A stretch of 57,959 bases of DNA, counting the filler, from Sphacelaria rigidula (taxonomy: Eukaryota): assembly GCA_964200075.2 (NCBI GenBank). It is 7 parts of 7 records of this genome, joined end to end, with 100 filler letters (N's around TTAATTAATTAA, not from the genome) between each part and the next. Parts side by side here need not be neighbours in the genome. Positions count along the whole stretch, not along the records: positions 16,590 to 24,783 come from CAXNAA020011955.1; positions 24,884 to 33,077 come from CAXNAA020011956.1; positions 33,178 to 41,371 come from CAXNAA020011957.1; 4 more parts are not named here. One strand, given 5' to 3'. Below the pieces are notes generated by a model. It searched no databases. It was given only the letters and a program-made list of their open reading frames with translations, and was not told the origin of the DNA. How positions within the stretch are numbered: position 1 is the first letter of the stretch; each line of letters opens with the position of its first letter. This document shows positions 24,125 to 36,800 of this stretch, in pieces. The position numbers were made by a program, and so were the translations under genes.

Positions 24125-24783
24125 TGTCTGCTTCTTTGGTGCTCTTGCACCAGACCAGTCTCGCCCGCTTGAACCAACTCTGCGGCGTTTGGGCCTTGGT
24201 CACGCGATCCCTTTTATCTTATTTCAATTTCGGCATACGCCAGAGTACATCCCTTATAATTCGTCATCCGCCAACACAAGCCTCATATTCTTACTGAATA
24301 CACCCAAACTGGACTCATAACTCACAACGCGTCGGTCTGTTGTCGTGCGTGAGGTTGTGGGACACACCGTATACTGTTCCCATCTCGGGGCTGGTGTTAC
24401 GGTCAAGCTAGGCTCTTCCGCCACCAACGGGCGGTCGTCGCTTCATCGATGGATGGTTCAAGCAACGGATACAGTACTGGCGTTCACGCTTATACGGAGA
24501 TAAATAGAACACTAATAGCCTCCGCAGCACTACAGCACACGTGCTCTCAACGAAAACACAAACGGAACACGTGCACGGCAATCCCAAACGGCCAGCGTGC
24601 AAACATGTGCTGCTTCATTATTATTATTATTATTTTTATTATTATCATTATTTCCGCACATTAGTCCGATCTTGCGAACCCGTGGTCACAGACGTAGGCT
24701 CGCCTTCCCAATACCGTCCCTGCTATTCCTTACCAGACACGTCACCAAAAAAAAGAAAAAATAAGAAGAGCGACGCCACGAAA

Positions 24784-24883
24784 NNNNNNNNNNNNNNNNN
24801 NNNNNNNNNNNNNNNNNNNNNNNNNNNTTAATTAATTAANNNNNNNNNNNNNNNNNNNNNNNNNNNNNNNNNNNNNNNNNNNN
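24784..24883. other. Artificial 100-bp contig spacer
   Basis: N run with central TTAATTAATTAA. Confidence 0.98.
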
Positions 24884-25764
24884 AGAGTACAGTAGCGTGC
24901 ACGGCATGAGTCTACCCTTGACATAAGCTGAAAACATTATGATCACACGCAGTGCAGAGGAGTAGGTGAACACATCCCCACAGGGCCTAACGGTGACTGT
25001 CTGCGAATACAGACAGTAGACGGGGGCATACGTGAGGTAAGTGTGCCGTCGGTTTCGCCTCTGTTATTTCAACTCTAGCGCAAGCTTGCTATGATACGGC
25101 GCAAAGCATCTACTGCAGGTGCGGCGTGAAGATTGCTTCACGGAGAGTCAGCCGTGCATTCTGGCCGGGGTTACAAAACACCGACGGGTCGAACAATTCG
25201 TCATACCCGTAAAATAGAGAACCTTCGAATCTTCTTTTCTTCCACGTTCCATTCGCACGGGTCTGAAAAACACGCTTTGGGCAAGTTGTCTGCTCAAAGG
25301 CTGTAGAATAACAACCATTTCTTGCCCGGAAAAACGTCAAATGTGAATCGTCAATTTTCCATCAACGGTTCCAAAAGGGTTAACACGGGGTGTAATTGAA
25401 CGTTTTTGGTCCAAACAAACTTCTTTTCAGCTCTAGCGCAATGCATGGGTAAACATTACAAACAAGAGCCTGTGAAATAATTTACGAGAGCGATCGAGAT
25501 TCCTTCAATCGAGCGAATATAATACCCAAGGGTCATAACCTGGGGCTGGATGGTCGCAGGACCCCCCGAAACCCGGCCAGTCCGTAAGTCGTTCAATATT
25601 GGGTGCAGGGATGATTTTGTTCGGAATGTGGAGCTGATACCTAGTATCTCCTAATGCCCAAACTTTGGGATCAAATCTTCAGTGAGATGAGCGATGGCAC
25701 GCGAAAGCACTATTGAAAATATCCGACTACGAAAAAATTACAAAAATACCTCATGCACAGCAGC

Positions 25765-25965
25765 CGATCGCCCCGGTGGCTCCGTTGGTGACCTCTAAAC
25801 GTTCGGACGGTTGGATCGTGGGTTCGAATCTCGGTTGCGTCACACGATCTGGGATTTTCTCTCACACCGTGCCCAACGGTGGAGGGCGACTATCTCGTGG
25901 GTACACTAAATTCGACTTGACGATCGACCAGGGCAAGGGACCGCCGAACCCCTCTCGCGATTAAA
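25765..25965 (+). mobile_element. tRNA-derived SINE-like element (family B)
   Basis: A-box-like TGGCTCCGTTGG and B box GGTTCGAATCTC at tRNA-like spacing, without a full cloverleaf. The 3' boundary is approximate. Confidence 0.6.
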
Positions 25966-26021
25966 AGTAAGGCAAGCACCGCAAAACGAAGGTGGAGTAC
26001 TTAAAACAAGATGAAATGAAA

Positions 26022-26150
26022 AGCTCCTGTGTTGGCCTTCCTCCTGTGTGACCCCGGCTGATGCGCGCGCACACACAATATATATATATATATATATATA
26101 TACCGAAAGGTGTAGAGTGGCGTCCAGAATAGACGGGATGATAACACACT
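26022..26150 (-). repeat. Dispersed repeat fragment with internal (AT)n
   Basis: Minus strand ttatcatcccgtctattctggacg...cagccggggtcacacaggaggaagg resembles a high-copy repeat I recall from brown algal genomes (from memory, not searched). Confidence 0.5.
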
Positions 26151-29100
26151 ACAATACACACACAACATCGAATACGGTTCCGAAACAGGACGCCGTTGCC
26201 CCTCCGTGTCATCCCTCTCAGGAGAGAGTACAACAGTGCAAGGCATTCAGCACAAATGCCGCTCCAACATAATTTGCTTGTATCACGACGAGTAAGTCCT
26301 TGAGCTTATTCTTCCCATGAGTGTGGTCCGAGCACGTAATTCAAGGCCTCTCCCCCGTAGTCTCACCCGAATCTTCCACCTAGCTCAGAATCTCTTTTTT
26401 TTTTTTTCGCTATTTGGTGCTCCAAACTCAGAACGAATACTTTCGTTTGATTATTTTGTGCTCAAAGCGCCATCCCCGGAACCCTGTACGACCCGAATGT
26501 GGAATCATTCGGTCACCCGTGTCCCTTTGGTCACGTCTCCGGCACACTTATGGGCGGGGGTCTGTACCTCTATACCGCGAAGCAAGGACATCATATAGCG
26601 CCACATGGTGGACGTTGAGTTTGAGCTGTGTATTGCTGGACCACCGTGCTTTTTTCGTTTGTTTTCGTGTGATAGCTGAATTTTCCTCTGACTGTAGAAT
26701 GGGTCAGCCCGTGGATCCTACCAAACGTTGTGGGGTCAGGGTGCGGTCCGAGTCCGGGTAATTTGAGACGCCCATACTCCAGGTGATCTGGAGTACTCAG
26801 TACTGTCAGGATCACTCCAACGAATGCGAACAATACTTGGACGACTCAATGCTGACAAGTTCATTATACCAACTACAGGGTGACGGCGAAAAAGAAGGCG
26901 CGGGAGGAGCACAAGCGACGACAAGAAAACCCCTTCACGGGCCAAGGGGCGCCGCAGAAGAGATGGGCATGGGCAGACGAAGTCAAACCAGGTGTGTGTC
27001 GTCGTGGTCAAAGGGGGGGGCAAACACCGTACCGCCAGCTTATGATACTGCTATCCTTCAGAATTGCCCAGTAGAGCTGTAGGAGATTACCCTAGCGGCT
27101 GGTGTTTCGTCAACATGCTGCGTGATGCCGGGCCTGAACAATTTACGTCAGGTTGACGATTGCGTCAGGTCGTAAGACTATACCCCAGTAACGCATCTGC
27201 TGAGTGTTGCGGATATCCAGAGAAGACGGTTGATGATTTCAGTAGATCTTGGTTGCCTCTTGAACGTGTGTGCCAGGTTATGCCGCGGCGGGACAATCAT
27301 TTTTGTCAACAGTTCAATATTTTGCCACAGTATGCTTCAAGCGTTTTGTCATCGACTAAGCGCACACAGCCTCGTTCTGCTTAACGGAGCGCGTTCCTAC
27401 TGCGTTCTCGCGTTTGTTCTTTCCTCTCACAATACCTGCTTTCGCTTCGAAGTAAGCTTGGTTCACTCTAGCGTATCAGGCTTGGTTTACTCGGCACTCC
27501 CTTTATTCCAAGAGCACCCTTGTTTCTGACTAAGTCCCAATTTCTCTTGTATCCATGTTTTTTTCACCATCGTTTAATTCACCCCGCAAGAACTGCAGAT
27601 TTGTGAGTAAACAAGTCCTTCTGCATTTGCTTCCAGGTCAATGACAAAGCCGGCGCTGTAAGTCGGTTATATCGCTCTGAGGGAAACGGCGATACTGCCG
27701 GTAATCTACGCCTCTCCTTTTGTCTCAACTTATACCATCGCGTTTCTTCGTAATCTCTGCTTGCAGTGCGATATGACGAAGATGGATTGCCAATATACAC
27801 GTGGGAGTCCCTTCGAATCGGCCAAGGCGGGGGCACGGATTTGTGTCCGTTCGACTGCGACTGCTGCTTTTAGCCTGCGACAGGGGACTGGCGGAATTTC
27901 AACAGTCTTTGGATGGTTCTGCCCTGGTCCCACCGTACTGTGGCTTCCACGAAGACTTGGTAGTCCTTTGCGTCATCAGAACAAAAGCATAGTAGCAGAC
28001 GACTGACGTTGTGAACTTGAATGTTCATCAACGTGTCGACACTGAATTCCGCTGGAGTAAGCTCACGTAAAACTGCTGCGAAACTCTTGTGCGGCGATAC
28101 TAAATTCTTCCACCTGTTGGTGCTCATCTTGCGCGACGCGGTGTATCGCATGGCGTGAAGATTGAGGCTCATGTATATCCCCATGTATTCCACACGCCAC
28201 AAGGTGCCTGGGCAGCTCCGCGCGGTGTGGGGTGTTTCCACACCAGTTGAGGCTTGATATTGTCACGCCGTGGTTTGGAAGATCCACCTCGCGGCTACCA
28301 ACCGTACGTTCTGGTGTCCACTGTACCGCTATGGGTAAGCTGTGTGACGCCGTCGTATCTTGCTTGGGTAGAGCACCACCTTCTCAACAAGAGCACATCG
28401 CACAGGAGGCGCGGATTCTGCGGATGCAATGTCCGCCGGCTCCAGCACTTATCACCCGCCAAACCATGTGCACATTATTTGGGTTAACCCTTTTTTTCTG
28501 GCGGGCGAGGCATTGATCCTTTGACCGCGAGGGTAGGTCACCTGCTGAATCGGCAACAATATTCACTTGAAAAAAGTATGCTTGATGTAGATGGACTACC
28601 CGCACCGCGATCTCAGGGTTGCGCTACAGTAAGGTTGTCAACGTGGTGTTTCAACCCTTATGGGGAGAACGGAAGGTGTCGAGGTGACAGTTCACTACTT
28701 GAGCACTTGAGCCAGAGACAAATAGATTGCCACGCTCTCATCGTCTCACCTTGACCCCAACTCGAGCAAAATGACGCATGTCAGCGGGACTCTCACCTTA
28801 TCACACATCTTCCACTCGGTCATTTGTGCAGTTATTTGAGCATCAAGTCAACATGAGGTATAGTACGGTGATGACGGTGAAAAATCAGGGTTATTGTTTT
28901 TCCAACCAGCGCTGACATTTCATTCACATCTCAAGATTTCTTTCGAGTGCCTTCCTGTTCGCCCGTACGGGCTGCACCGGGGCGACAAAGTTTTGGTGTG
29001 AGCATGGCGTATGTCGGGGGATTCTTCTGTGGCCTTCCGCGGTGAAAATGGTCGTTGCCGGTATTCCATTTTTCCATGTTTTCTTCAGCGCTTGAAATAG

Positions 29101-30651
29101 TGAGGCATCTGGTGGACCGGGGACGGGAGGCGAGGGTTCCCAAAGGGTTAATGAGTGCACTCTACACCCATGCGCCCGCCACTTCATGTGATCATCTTGT
29201 GTTGCCCACAATTTGTAGCCTGCTCGTTGCCCCCCCTACGATAGGCTGTTGTCCCAGCAGCATATGCGTTCAATCAATAGCTGGTTCCTTACACAGCTGC
29301 ACCAAGCTATCCTGTGCCGTCTGAGCGAGGCGTTCCACGGGTGCACTATCGCTCAACGTTGAATCGAGCACATATCGGAAGCCCACGACGTATCTGGATA
29401 GCAACGGCGCTACGACAGGGCCAAAAAGGGAGTGATGCCCTAGGCTGAGGGCTTTCCGCGTCGGTTGGAATGTCGTCGCGGAAGCGCTACCGAATGGAAC
29501 AAAAAATATTCATGCCTTGGGATGGACTATCAAATACTGACGAACCAGGCACTTCGTGGAATGCTGAAAACAACCTGGTCGCCAACGAATCGAACGCTTC
29601 AAAAGAGGGGGCTAGCACGCACAATCCTCAAAAGCTGTCGCCACAAAACTCCGTTTCGCTCGAAACCTCCCTACTTGTGGATGTCATACTAGGTTATCAT
29701 CCGAGGGGGGGGGGGGGGGGTGCGATCCCCCACGAGCCGCCCCAGCCTAAAAAAGACTCTACGCTCTCATAGCATGGTAACATATANNNNNNNNNNCCCC
29801 GCTCCCTCCCGCCCCCCCCCGCGGCGGGGTAGGCTGGCATGCTGTGGCGGGCGGGGGGGGGGGGGGGGGGGGGGGAATCGCCCGAGCACGACCTCGGCTT
29901 GACGGAAACTCTCCCGTCACTTGTGATGGACAATTACGTCCATCTACAACGTGTAGAACTGCCAAAATGCACATGCACTTGCCCCCACTGCTTGTTGCTG
30001 CCGTGCAAAGGTTCTCACAAACAAATGCTCGGCCGCTACGAGTAGCACAGGGCTACAGTATGTCAACACGCGTGAACAAGTGTTACAAGCCCCCTTTTGC
30101 CCCCCCCCCCCCCCATCCACCCCACCCCTTCCCTCGGGGGTTGGGGGAACGTTAGCTCCTATGACACAAGTTGCGAGGCCCCTTTCCTCGAAAGGGTGTA
30201 GAGTGCTTACCGTACTGTCTGCGCAAAGCTATATCCTCCACTTGGTGGCTTGGATGCAGGCATAAAGCGTGTATCTATAACGGTGGTCGTGGACACGATG
30301 TCGCGTGGGTCGGATATCGCTTGTCTAGCTATATACAGTAGTAGGATAAGGATGGAGAGCGACATATTTGCTATTGCCCGGGTGACTGGTGACCAAACGA
30401 GAAGATCCTGCAGTCCCTCACTGTCTGTGGAGTTTTTTCAGTACGACAGTACAACATGTATCCGTGCGGCTGAAATGTGAGATTGTGCACCATGTCGCTT
30501 GATTTATTGTCGCAGATAATGCCGAACCGCCAAAAATCTCGCCGCGTTTTTATACCACGGTTCGCGTCTAAACAGAAGCGCTTGATCTGGTGCGGCAATC
30601 TACGTGCGCTGCTTGAAGTCCTCCGTCGCTGAACCCCCTCAAGCAGGGGCC

Positions 30652-31146
30652 ATGGCTTTTTTTGGTCTGACGGCACTAGGACCGCAAAACAGCTTCCAGA
30701 TTTCCCTTTTAGATTTCAGCTACCTCGACGTGTTTACACCGGCAGACCAAGAGACTGCCTTCGGCTTAGCGGATATCGACAAACGAGGGTATTTGGAGCT
30801 CGATCAGGTCTGCTATAACTCTCGCTTGTTCTGCTGCTTGTGGCCCTACGTTCTTCTGCAATGTGCAATGTACAAGACAAATGTATACGGCGTGCTGTTG
30901 TATCTACAGTTGCACCACGAAAGTGTCCATCAGGATCTTACATGTAGCAGATACTGACGCCGCTGAGCGTTGAGCTGTCTACTTGCTACGCTTGACGCCC
31001 AGATCGACGCGTTCTTGACGGCCTTATACCACGGGGACCCAAAAGCGGGCGATTCGACTCGCTTTAAGAATGAACTACAAACAAACAAAGATGGCCACGT
31101 CACCCTGGAAGACATTCGATGCACGATGGACCGATTGAAAAAACAG
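30652..31146 (+). CDS. EF-hand protein, FAP85/TEX49-like flagellar microtubule inner protein; exons 1 (30652-30807) and 2 (31003-31146), 3'-incomplete
   Basis: gccATG start, phase-0 GT..AG intron 30808-31002, donor gtacgg at 31147. Spliced product MAFFGLTALGPQNSFQ...AFGLADIDKRGYLELDQIDAFL...QTNKDGHVTLEDIRCTMDRLKKQ has two EF-hand-like loops, and its N-terminus resembles TEX49/FAP85 (MAFF.L..LG.QN.F). Confidence 0.8.
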
Positions 31147-31755
31147 GTACGGTGCTATGTGTTTGCTCTGTATATGCCACATGCAATCGTGTACAGGCGT
31201 TCGTTCGCGAATCCTCCACATCATGCTTGTCGCGGTGTCACGAAACAAATCTGAACCCACCCGCTTGATTGGTGCGCTCGAAAACATGCAGCTGCGCGAT
31301 CGGTAGTGTATGGTACGATGATCGATCTGTGCCACACGAAACTTGATTGAGATAGGCCGTTATACTCATTGCATGATGAAGTATTTTTGCCTCTACGGTG
31401 ACTTCGTAGGTGATCGCTACATCCTTCCAGGACGAGTATCTCCCCGACTTGAAGGTATTGCATGAATTCGGTGACCCCCGGCAGCTCCAATAGTTTAGCC
31501 TCCTGTAATGCCAAATACCCCACCCATGGGGTATGTGATTATTGTATTTCTAACCATCTTTATCTCGCGACCGATACGACAGCTCACAAAACACGCACCG
31601 GCTGCTTCCTGTGACTCAGGGCTATCGAGAAATGTTTTGATTGGCCGAGCAGCCCAGCACTTGGTCTGTAGCAGCCGGCGAGGAGAAAATACCATGACTG
31701 GGGTGATGAAGTATAAAGGCTTGTATACCCCACCACCTGTACCTCGCCAGCAACT

Positions 31756-31905
31756 AGTGTTGAATACCGAACGGAAAAAAAATCGACACGATAATTTCAA
31801 CGTATCGACGTAAGACGTCGATACTTATGTTTTTTTCGATACGCGAAAAATACCCGATACCTATCGATACTCGATACAGATACTCGATACGATACGATAA
31901 GACTG
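31756..31905. repeat. CGATA-rich short element, probable MITE remnant
   Basis: Dense cgata/tatcg motifs (cgatacctatcgatactcgatacagatactcgatacgatacgata); no clear TSD. Confidence 0.5.
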
Positions 31906-33077
31906 TTTTGGTAGTGATGCAGCTTGCAAGACCTCACGTTACTACACTGACACACTGACAACCTAACTCGGAGTGAGTGCACGCCTGATTGCATGAAGGT
32001 ACAGCAGCACCAGTGTGTGGTTTGTTATCTCGCATCATAGAAGTGGCGGCACAACACGCGGCGTGATGCTTCGGTTTAACGAAAATGGTTCTTCATCGTG
32101 CAAAAGGCAAGTAAAAAAAGAGGTAGTTGATCACAATGCCAGGTGTGACGCGTGATACATAGTGTGTTGTTCAAGCCGGTGAACGCTGGAAAACGGGGTC
32201 CATCTCAAAGATGAGTTTCAAGTGGCATTTATTGTTTGCAGGGATGACGCGAAACACCCACGGCCGAGCGAAGCCATCTTCCTCCCCAAATGTCCGCAGC
32301 AGTTAAGCAGCTGTGGCTAGGTGCACCTAACGAATGCGGTGTCGATGACGATACCACCAGAGAAAGAAGCAAGGACAGAGGGGAAGCTCCTCGCCCGTGT
32401 CCTTTGTGTGTCCCCGCTCGGCGATCACCAAACTCTCGAGAGACTGGCATCATCGATGTCACCAGTATGTGCCCAATTTTCCATGTGCCAGAACATCGAG
32501 CTGCGGGGAGAGTTTCTCTCGTCTTACAATTGCCTGTCGAGCTCACCAATGCGAAGATCGATTTCTCTCTGCCCCTCCTTTCGGACAGGACGCGCCTCTG
32601 TGCGCTGAAAAACATGTCGTTGAAAAACAGGGCAATGTTCCCGTCACCGCTACTACTGTTCTCTGTTATACACGTGCCAGCAAGGGCGGTGCGGCCATAA
32701 CAAATAGATTCAATTTGAACTTGGGGGGTGTTATTCATCGTTGATTTACCCACATCTGACCCTCTGGGTGCCCGACCACAACAGCGTGCCACACGCCAGT
32801 TGAGGGGGGTGTATGAGAGATCAAACACTTGCAGAGGCCTTCTTGACATGCAGAGTAAAAAAAGATACGTATGGTGGTCACCTAACTGTTGCTAGTGTGG
32901 CGCATAGGAGCCCGTCCATGCTGCAGTCTGTAGCACACGCTGGTTGCGTGAACACCTCGGTACAGTACGAGTAGCTTTCCGGAACTATTCCGATGTGAGG
33001 AGGCCGTGCATTACAAGCTGGGACGTGAGTGCTCTACGATCAACCACTTGTCGTTGCATTTGAGACCCACGCCATCA

Positions 33078-33177
33078 NNNNNNNNNNNNNNNNNNNNNNN
33101 NNNNNNNNNNNNNNNNNNNNNTTAATTAATTAANNNNNNNNNNNNNNNNNNNNNNNNNNNNNNNNNNNNNNNNNNNN
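33078..33177. other. Artificial 100-bp contig spacer
   Basis: N run with central TTAATTAATTAA. Confidence 0.98.
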
Positions 33178-33242
33178 CGAACGCGTGGGGGCGCCGCGCG
33201 AGTTCAATGTGGGGGGGTGGGGGGGGGGGGGGGGGGGGGTGG

Positions 33243-33775
33243 GGGGACCCAGCCTGTTGTCCCCTTGTTTTTTCCGGGGCGTCGGCGGATGCGATCAGCT
33301 GCCGTGTACAGAGATCCTTGGCATAGAGACCCCTGAGATGATGGACACACCGTCCCTCCAAGCTCATCACCTACCATGATTACATCTATGGGATCATGTA
33401 CCGTACCGTGTCGCCTCCAGTACATACCACTAGTAGCCCGGGCAAATTTGTCGAGGCGTGAGATAATGCTGCTACTTTGGCTACAGGCTGTCGCTACCGT
33501 GCGCTCGTGTGTTGTACATGGAGATGTGTGAGCGTCAACGGCATCCGAGGTCATCGGGACAGGGCGGGCAAAGAGCAGAAGCAAATACACCAACCTCGCG
33601 AAGACCGCCGGACTTTTCGCTTGTTGTGGGTGTTCGTTGATCAATTTCTTTCAACAAATTCAACAACACAAAATTTAAAAAATACCAAAGAATTATGATG
33701 ATTTTTGAAAAATCGCCCCCCGGGGGGGGGAGGGAGGGAGTCCGTGTCCGAAATTTTTCTCTCGACAGACCCTTG
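33243..33775. mobile_element. End of a hAT-like non-autonomous element (second copy 48916-49600, inverted)
   Basis: About 500 bp matches the reverse complement of 48916-49600 (ggcgtgagataatg.tgctactttggctacaggctgtcgctaccgtgcgctcgtgt...). Both stop at a cagaccc(c/t)tg terminus, i.e. a CAGGGG-type end. Confidence 0.75.
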
Positions 33776-33862
33776 GTCGAAGAGGATATTGCGCTAAAAT
33801 TCTCCCCCCTCTTCTCCCTCCGCCCCCCACCCACTATGTCCTTACCGTCCACCGTCTATAGC

Positions 33863-36800
33863 ATGAAAATTCGCGCAGCTACAGCGGCGGCCGCCTGGCT
33901 CGGGGGCGTCGCAATGGCCGGCATCATGGCGGTGACGGAGGGCGCAAGGGACAGGATGTCCGTGCTAGTGAACGATGAATCCAGTACCTTCAAGTTCGGC
34001 GAGATCAAGGTCAACATGGACAAGTACGACGACGGTCGCACCCATCCCCACTGGGTTGTATTCTGGAAAGACGGCGTGCGCTCGCGGTTTTTCTTCAAAG
34101 CCGATGGTGCACTGGGGAAATTCAAAGTTGGCGAGCCGGAGGGAGAGTACAGAGTGAGTCGACGAGGGAAAAAAAAAGAACGCGTTACCTCTACCAGTAA
34201 TTTCTCTGCATCACGCAGTATAGCACACCCCAGATTATGGGATTTCGGGCCCCGAAAAATCATCCCGCCGAGTTCGGGGCTCGAACACTCATTCCCCGAG
34301 GGTGTCAATCAGGGGGTTTACTCATGATGTTGCAAGCCGTATCCATACGGCCATTGATCACGCATCCCTACAAAGCCGGGACGGAGAACGCCGGGTTTTC
34401 GCTGAACCAGGCTTGCAATCAATCCGAAGGGGGGGCGTACTCCCTTGTTGCTTGCCTCAGCCGTTAGGCCATGTCGGGAGAGAAGTCGTCGTCAACATAG
34501 GTTCAATCGTGTTATGGAAGTCAGATGTGTTCAAATCAAGGTCCAAGAGAAATGTGGGCACTGATATGCCAAAACAAGAAAATATGATTTTGATGCGTAT
34601 TTTGTATATTACTAATGCCGCCGCACCATAATAAGACAGTGAATCGCAATCAACACCAAAGCTTCCGTCAGAGACTAGGGACAGAAATGAGGAGTGAAAC
34701 GCGAGGTTGCGTGCAGAAAATATCTGCTGCACTCACCCTTGTGTCTCGTCATTCCTTCTATCGTACTTGACCACCTAACCTGTGATGTTAACTCTAAAAG
34801 AACCCACTCTTCAGCCCCCCGAGCATACCCAACTTAGTTGTTGAGCACGTAGTCCAATACATGACACAAGGACACCCGGTATCTTGAATCTACCCTTCAA
34901 CATACCTCTACTGCACTGACCTTCCGATCCGGAATACAAGTATTTCTTTTCTTTTATTACTTCAACATAGAATACGCCAGCGTGCTTATAGCCCGTAGCT
35001 AGAACAATACTTGCTTGACCTTCAAACACCACAATGCAATCTCTGTACCCCGGACAAGGAGTATTTTATCATGTTTTACCCCGATTCCCCGATGCATACG
35101 CCCATATTTTCAAACTAGAACTGTTTCAGTTAAAAACCATGAAGCCTCCGAGAGCTCGGCTCACTACAGCCATGACTACGCATCCCTTTCGAGACGGAGT
35201 AACGCTCCTGCTCCTAATAGAGACACGTTCAACATTTGGGCGCTCATTACGCTTCTTTCATACTTTTATATGCCGTATCCCTTTCCTGTTTCGCCGTTTG
35301 TGGCCACCATCTACCTCCTAGTGTAACGATTGTTTTTTCACGACCGTCTAATGTGTCCAACGGCTTCATGCCACCTTTGTTTACTTCCCACATTTTTACG
35401 ACTTTTCCTGTTCTTGTATAGCTCGCGTTCTGCTGCTTTTCTTTATTGATTTGCCATAGCAACAATTCTTTGCATCTACATCCTCCATGCGACTACCGGT
35501 ATACCTACTTCTTCTTTCTGGCAGGTCCAGATCCCCCACCCGAACTCGGAGATGAAGATTGGGGAAGGGGGTGTACTCATGATCATGCATGCCATCATCA
35601 TGAGACAATTCGGGGGGGGGGGGAGGGGGGGTAGTTCTTCGCTTCGCTTTTCTTCCAAAGCAAACCATCGAAATTAGAACTCGGGAGCTGGTCATCTGAC
35701 CGTGCTACCCTCATCTGCACCTTAATCTCAGCCTCACCCTTATGCTTGCGTTGCTCTTTTATCCCAGTTTGTATTGTGCCGTGATATTGCGTTGTTGAGA
35801 GGGTTCGATTGTCGAGTGATGAGTGGATTGTCACCGTAGCTGCACGGCGCAGGATGGTGATGACGAATGTCCAAAGGATCAATGACCTTTCAATCGTAAT
35901 ACTTGCCACAGTTGGATGTATGCTCAGCTGGCGGAGCTACAAAACAGACGCAGAACAAAAGTTATACAGTACACTCAGTGGAGACTCACCTATAGTCTCC
36001 TTGATCCTGAGGCTCAATCGCCACTGAATGGTATAGTTGAAGGTTATCAGACGCTGGCAAAGTGTCGATTAGTCCTCTGCTTGAGTGCTGGGGCCTTGGG
36101 GTGATGAGAGTGGGACTACGGGCAACTCCGTGAGGAAAACTCATCGTCCTCGATCCCAAAACACATCTTCACTCAAGTCATCACTCAACTTAGATCCACT
36201 AGGCTTAACTTCAGACAAGCTTACGTACATGTTTACCGATAAATCCACGTCATGCATACAATAGCGATCAAGGACGCATGTATCAACCCAACAGCTGGCT
36301 CGTGGTTGATCCTTATACCGCTGAAATATTCGTCAAAGACATACAATTCTAGTACCCGCCGGTTTGTATTCAGAAAACAGTAATTGAGCCTCTGTATCTC
36401 CCATCACATTACAAAATCGGGCTGTAGACCCTTGCATGGTAAGATTTTACTTGTGGTACTAATATGTGGGTGTTGGAACCGAAGCTGTTGACATAAATAT
36501 CCAACACCATTGCGAAAATTAAAAAATATATATATATCGGGAAATCTTGAGCTCATCAGGACCCCAGCCACCGAATCTGGGTACAACTCACGTGCGATTT
36601 TTTGCGACGATATCTCTGTGCAAGTCGGCTTCCCACATATTGATTGATTGATTGATTGATTGATTATCTGACATTAGCTGATTGCAACAATCCAGCCCGT
36701 GGCCAGAAACAGCAAAAAAATAGAATGAGAAAGAAGGAAAAAAACAGAAATAGACAGAAGCAGCAGCGACAACAACAACTACATCGCTTTGACATTGATT

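Noticed and set aside
23756..24320. Pair of divergent paralogous ORFs (RGPYQRWIR..TDPSGHPC)
   Set aside because: Similarity follows directly from the palindrome; there is no independent coding evidence.
29700..29880. Poly-G/poly-Pro ORFs and G-quadruplex clusters (also 33210-33245 and 48950-49100)
   Set aside because: Homopolymer tracts beside N gaps inside repeats, where sequence quality is doubtful.
31221..31720. Exon 3 of the EF-hand gene, or a nested minus-strand gene
   Set aside because: No plus-strand frame gives a FAP85-like C-terminus, and the minus-strand splice-like sites do not give a single convincing frame.
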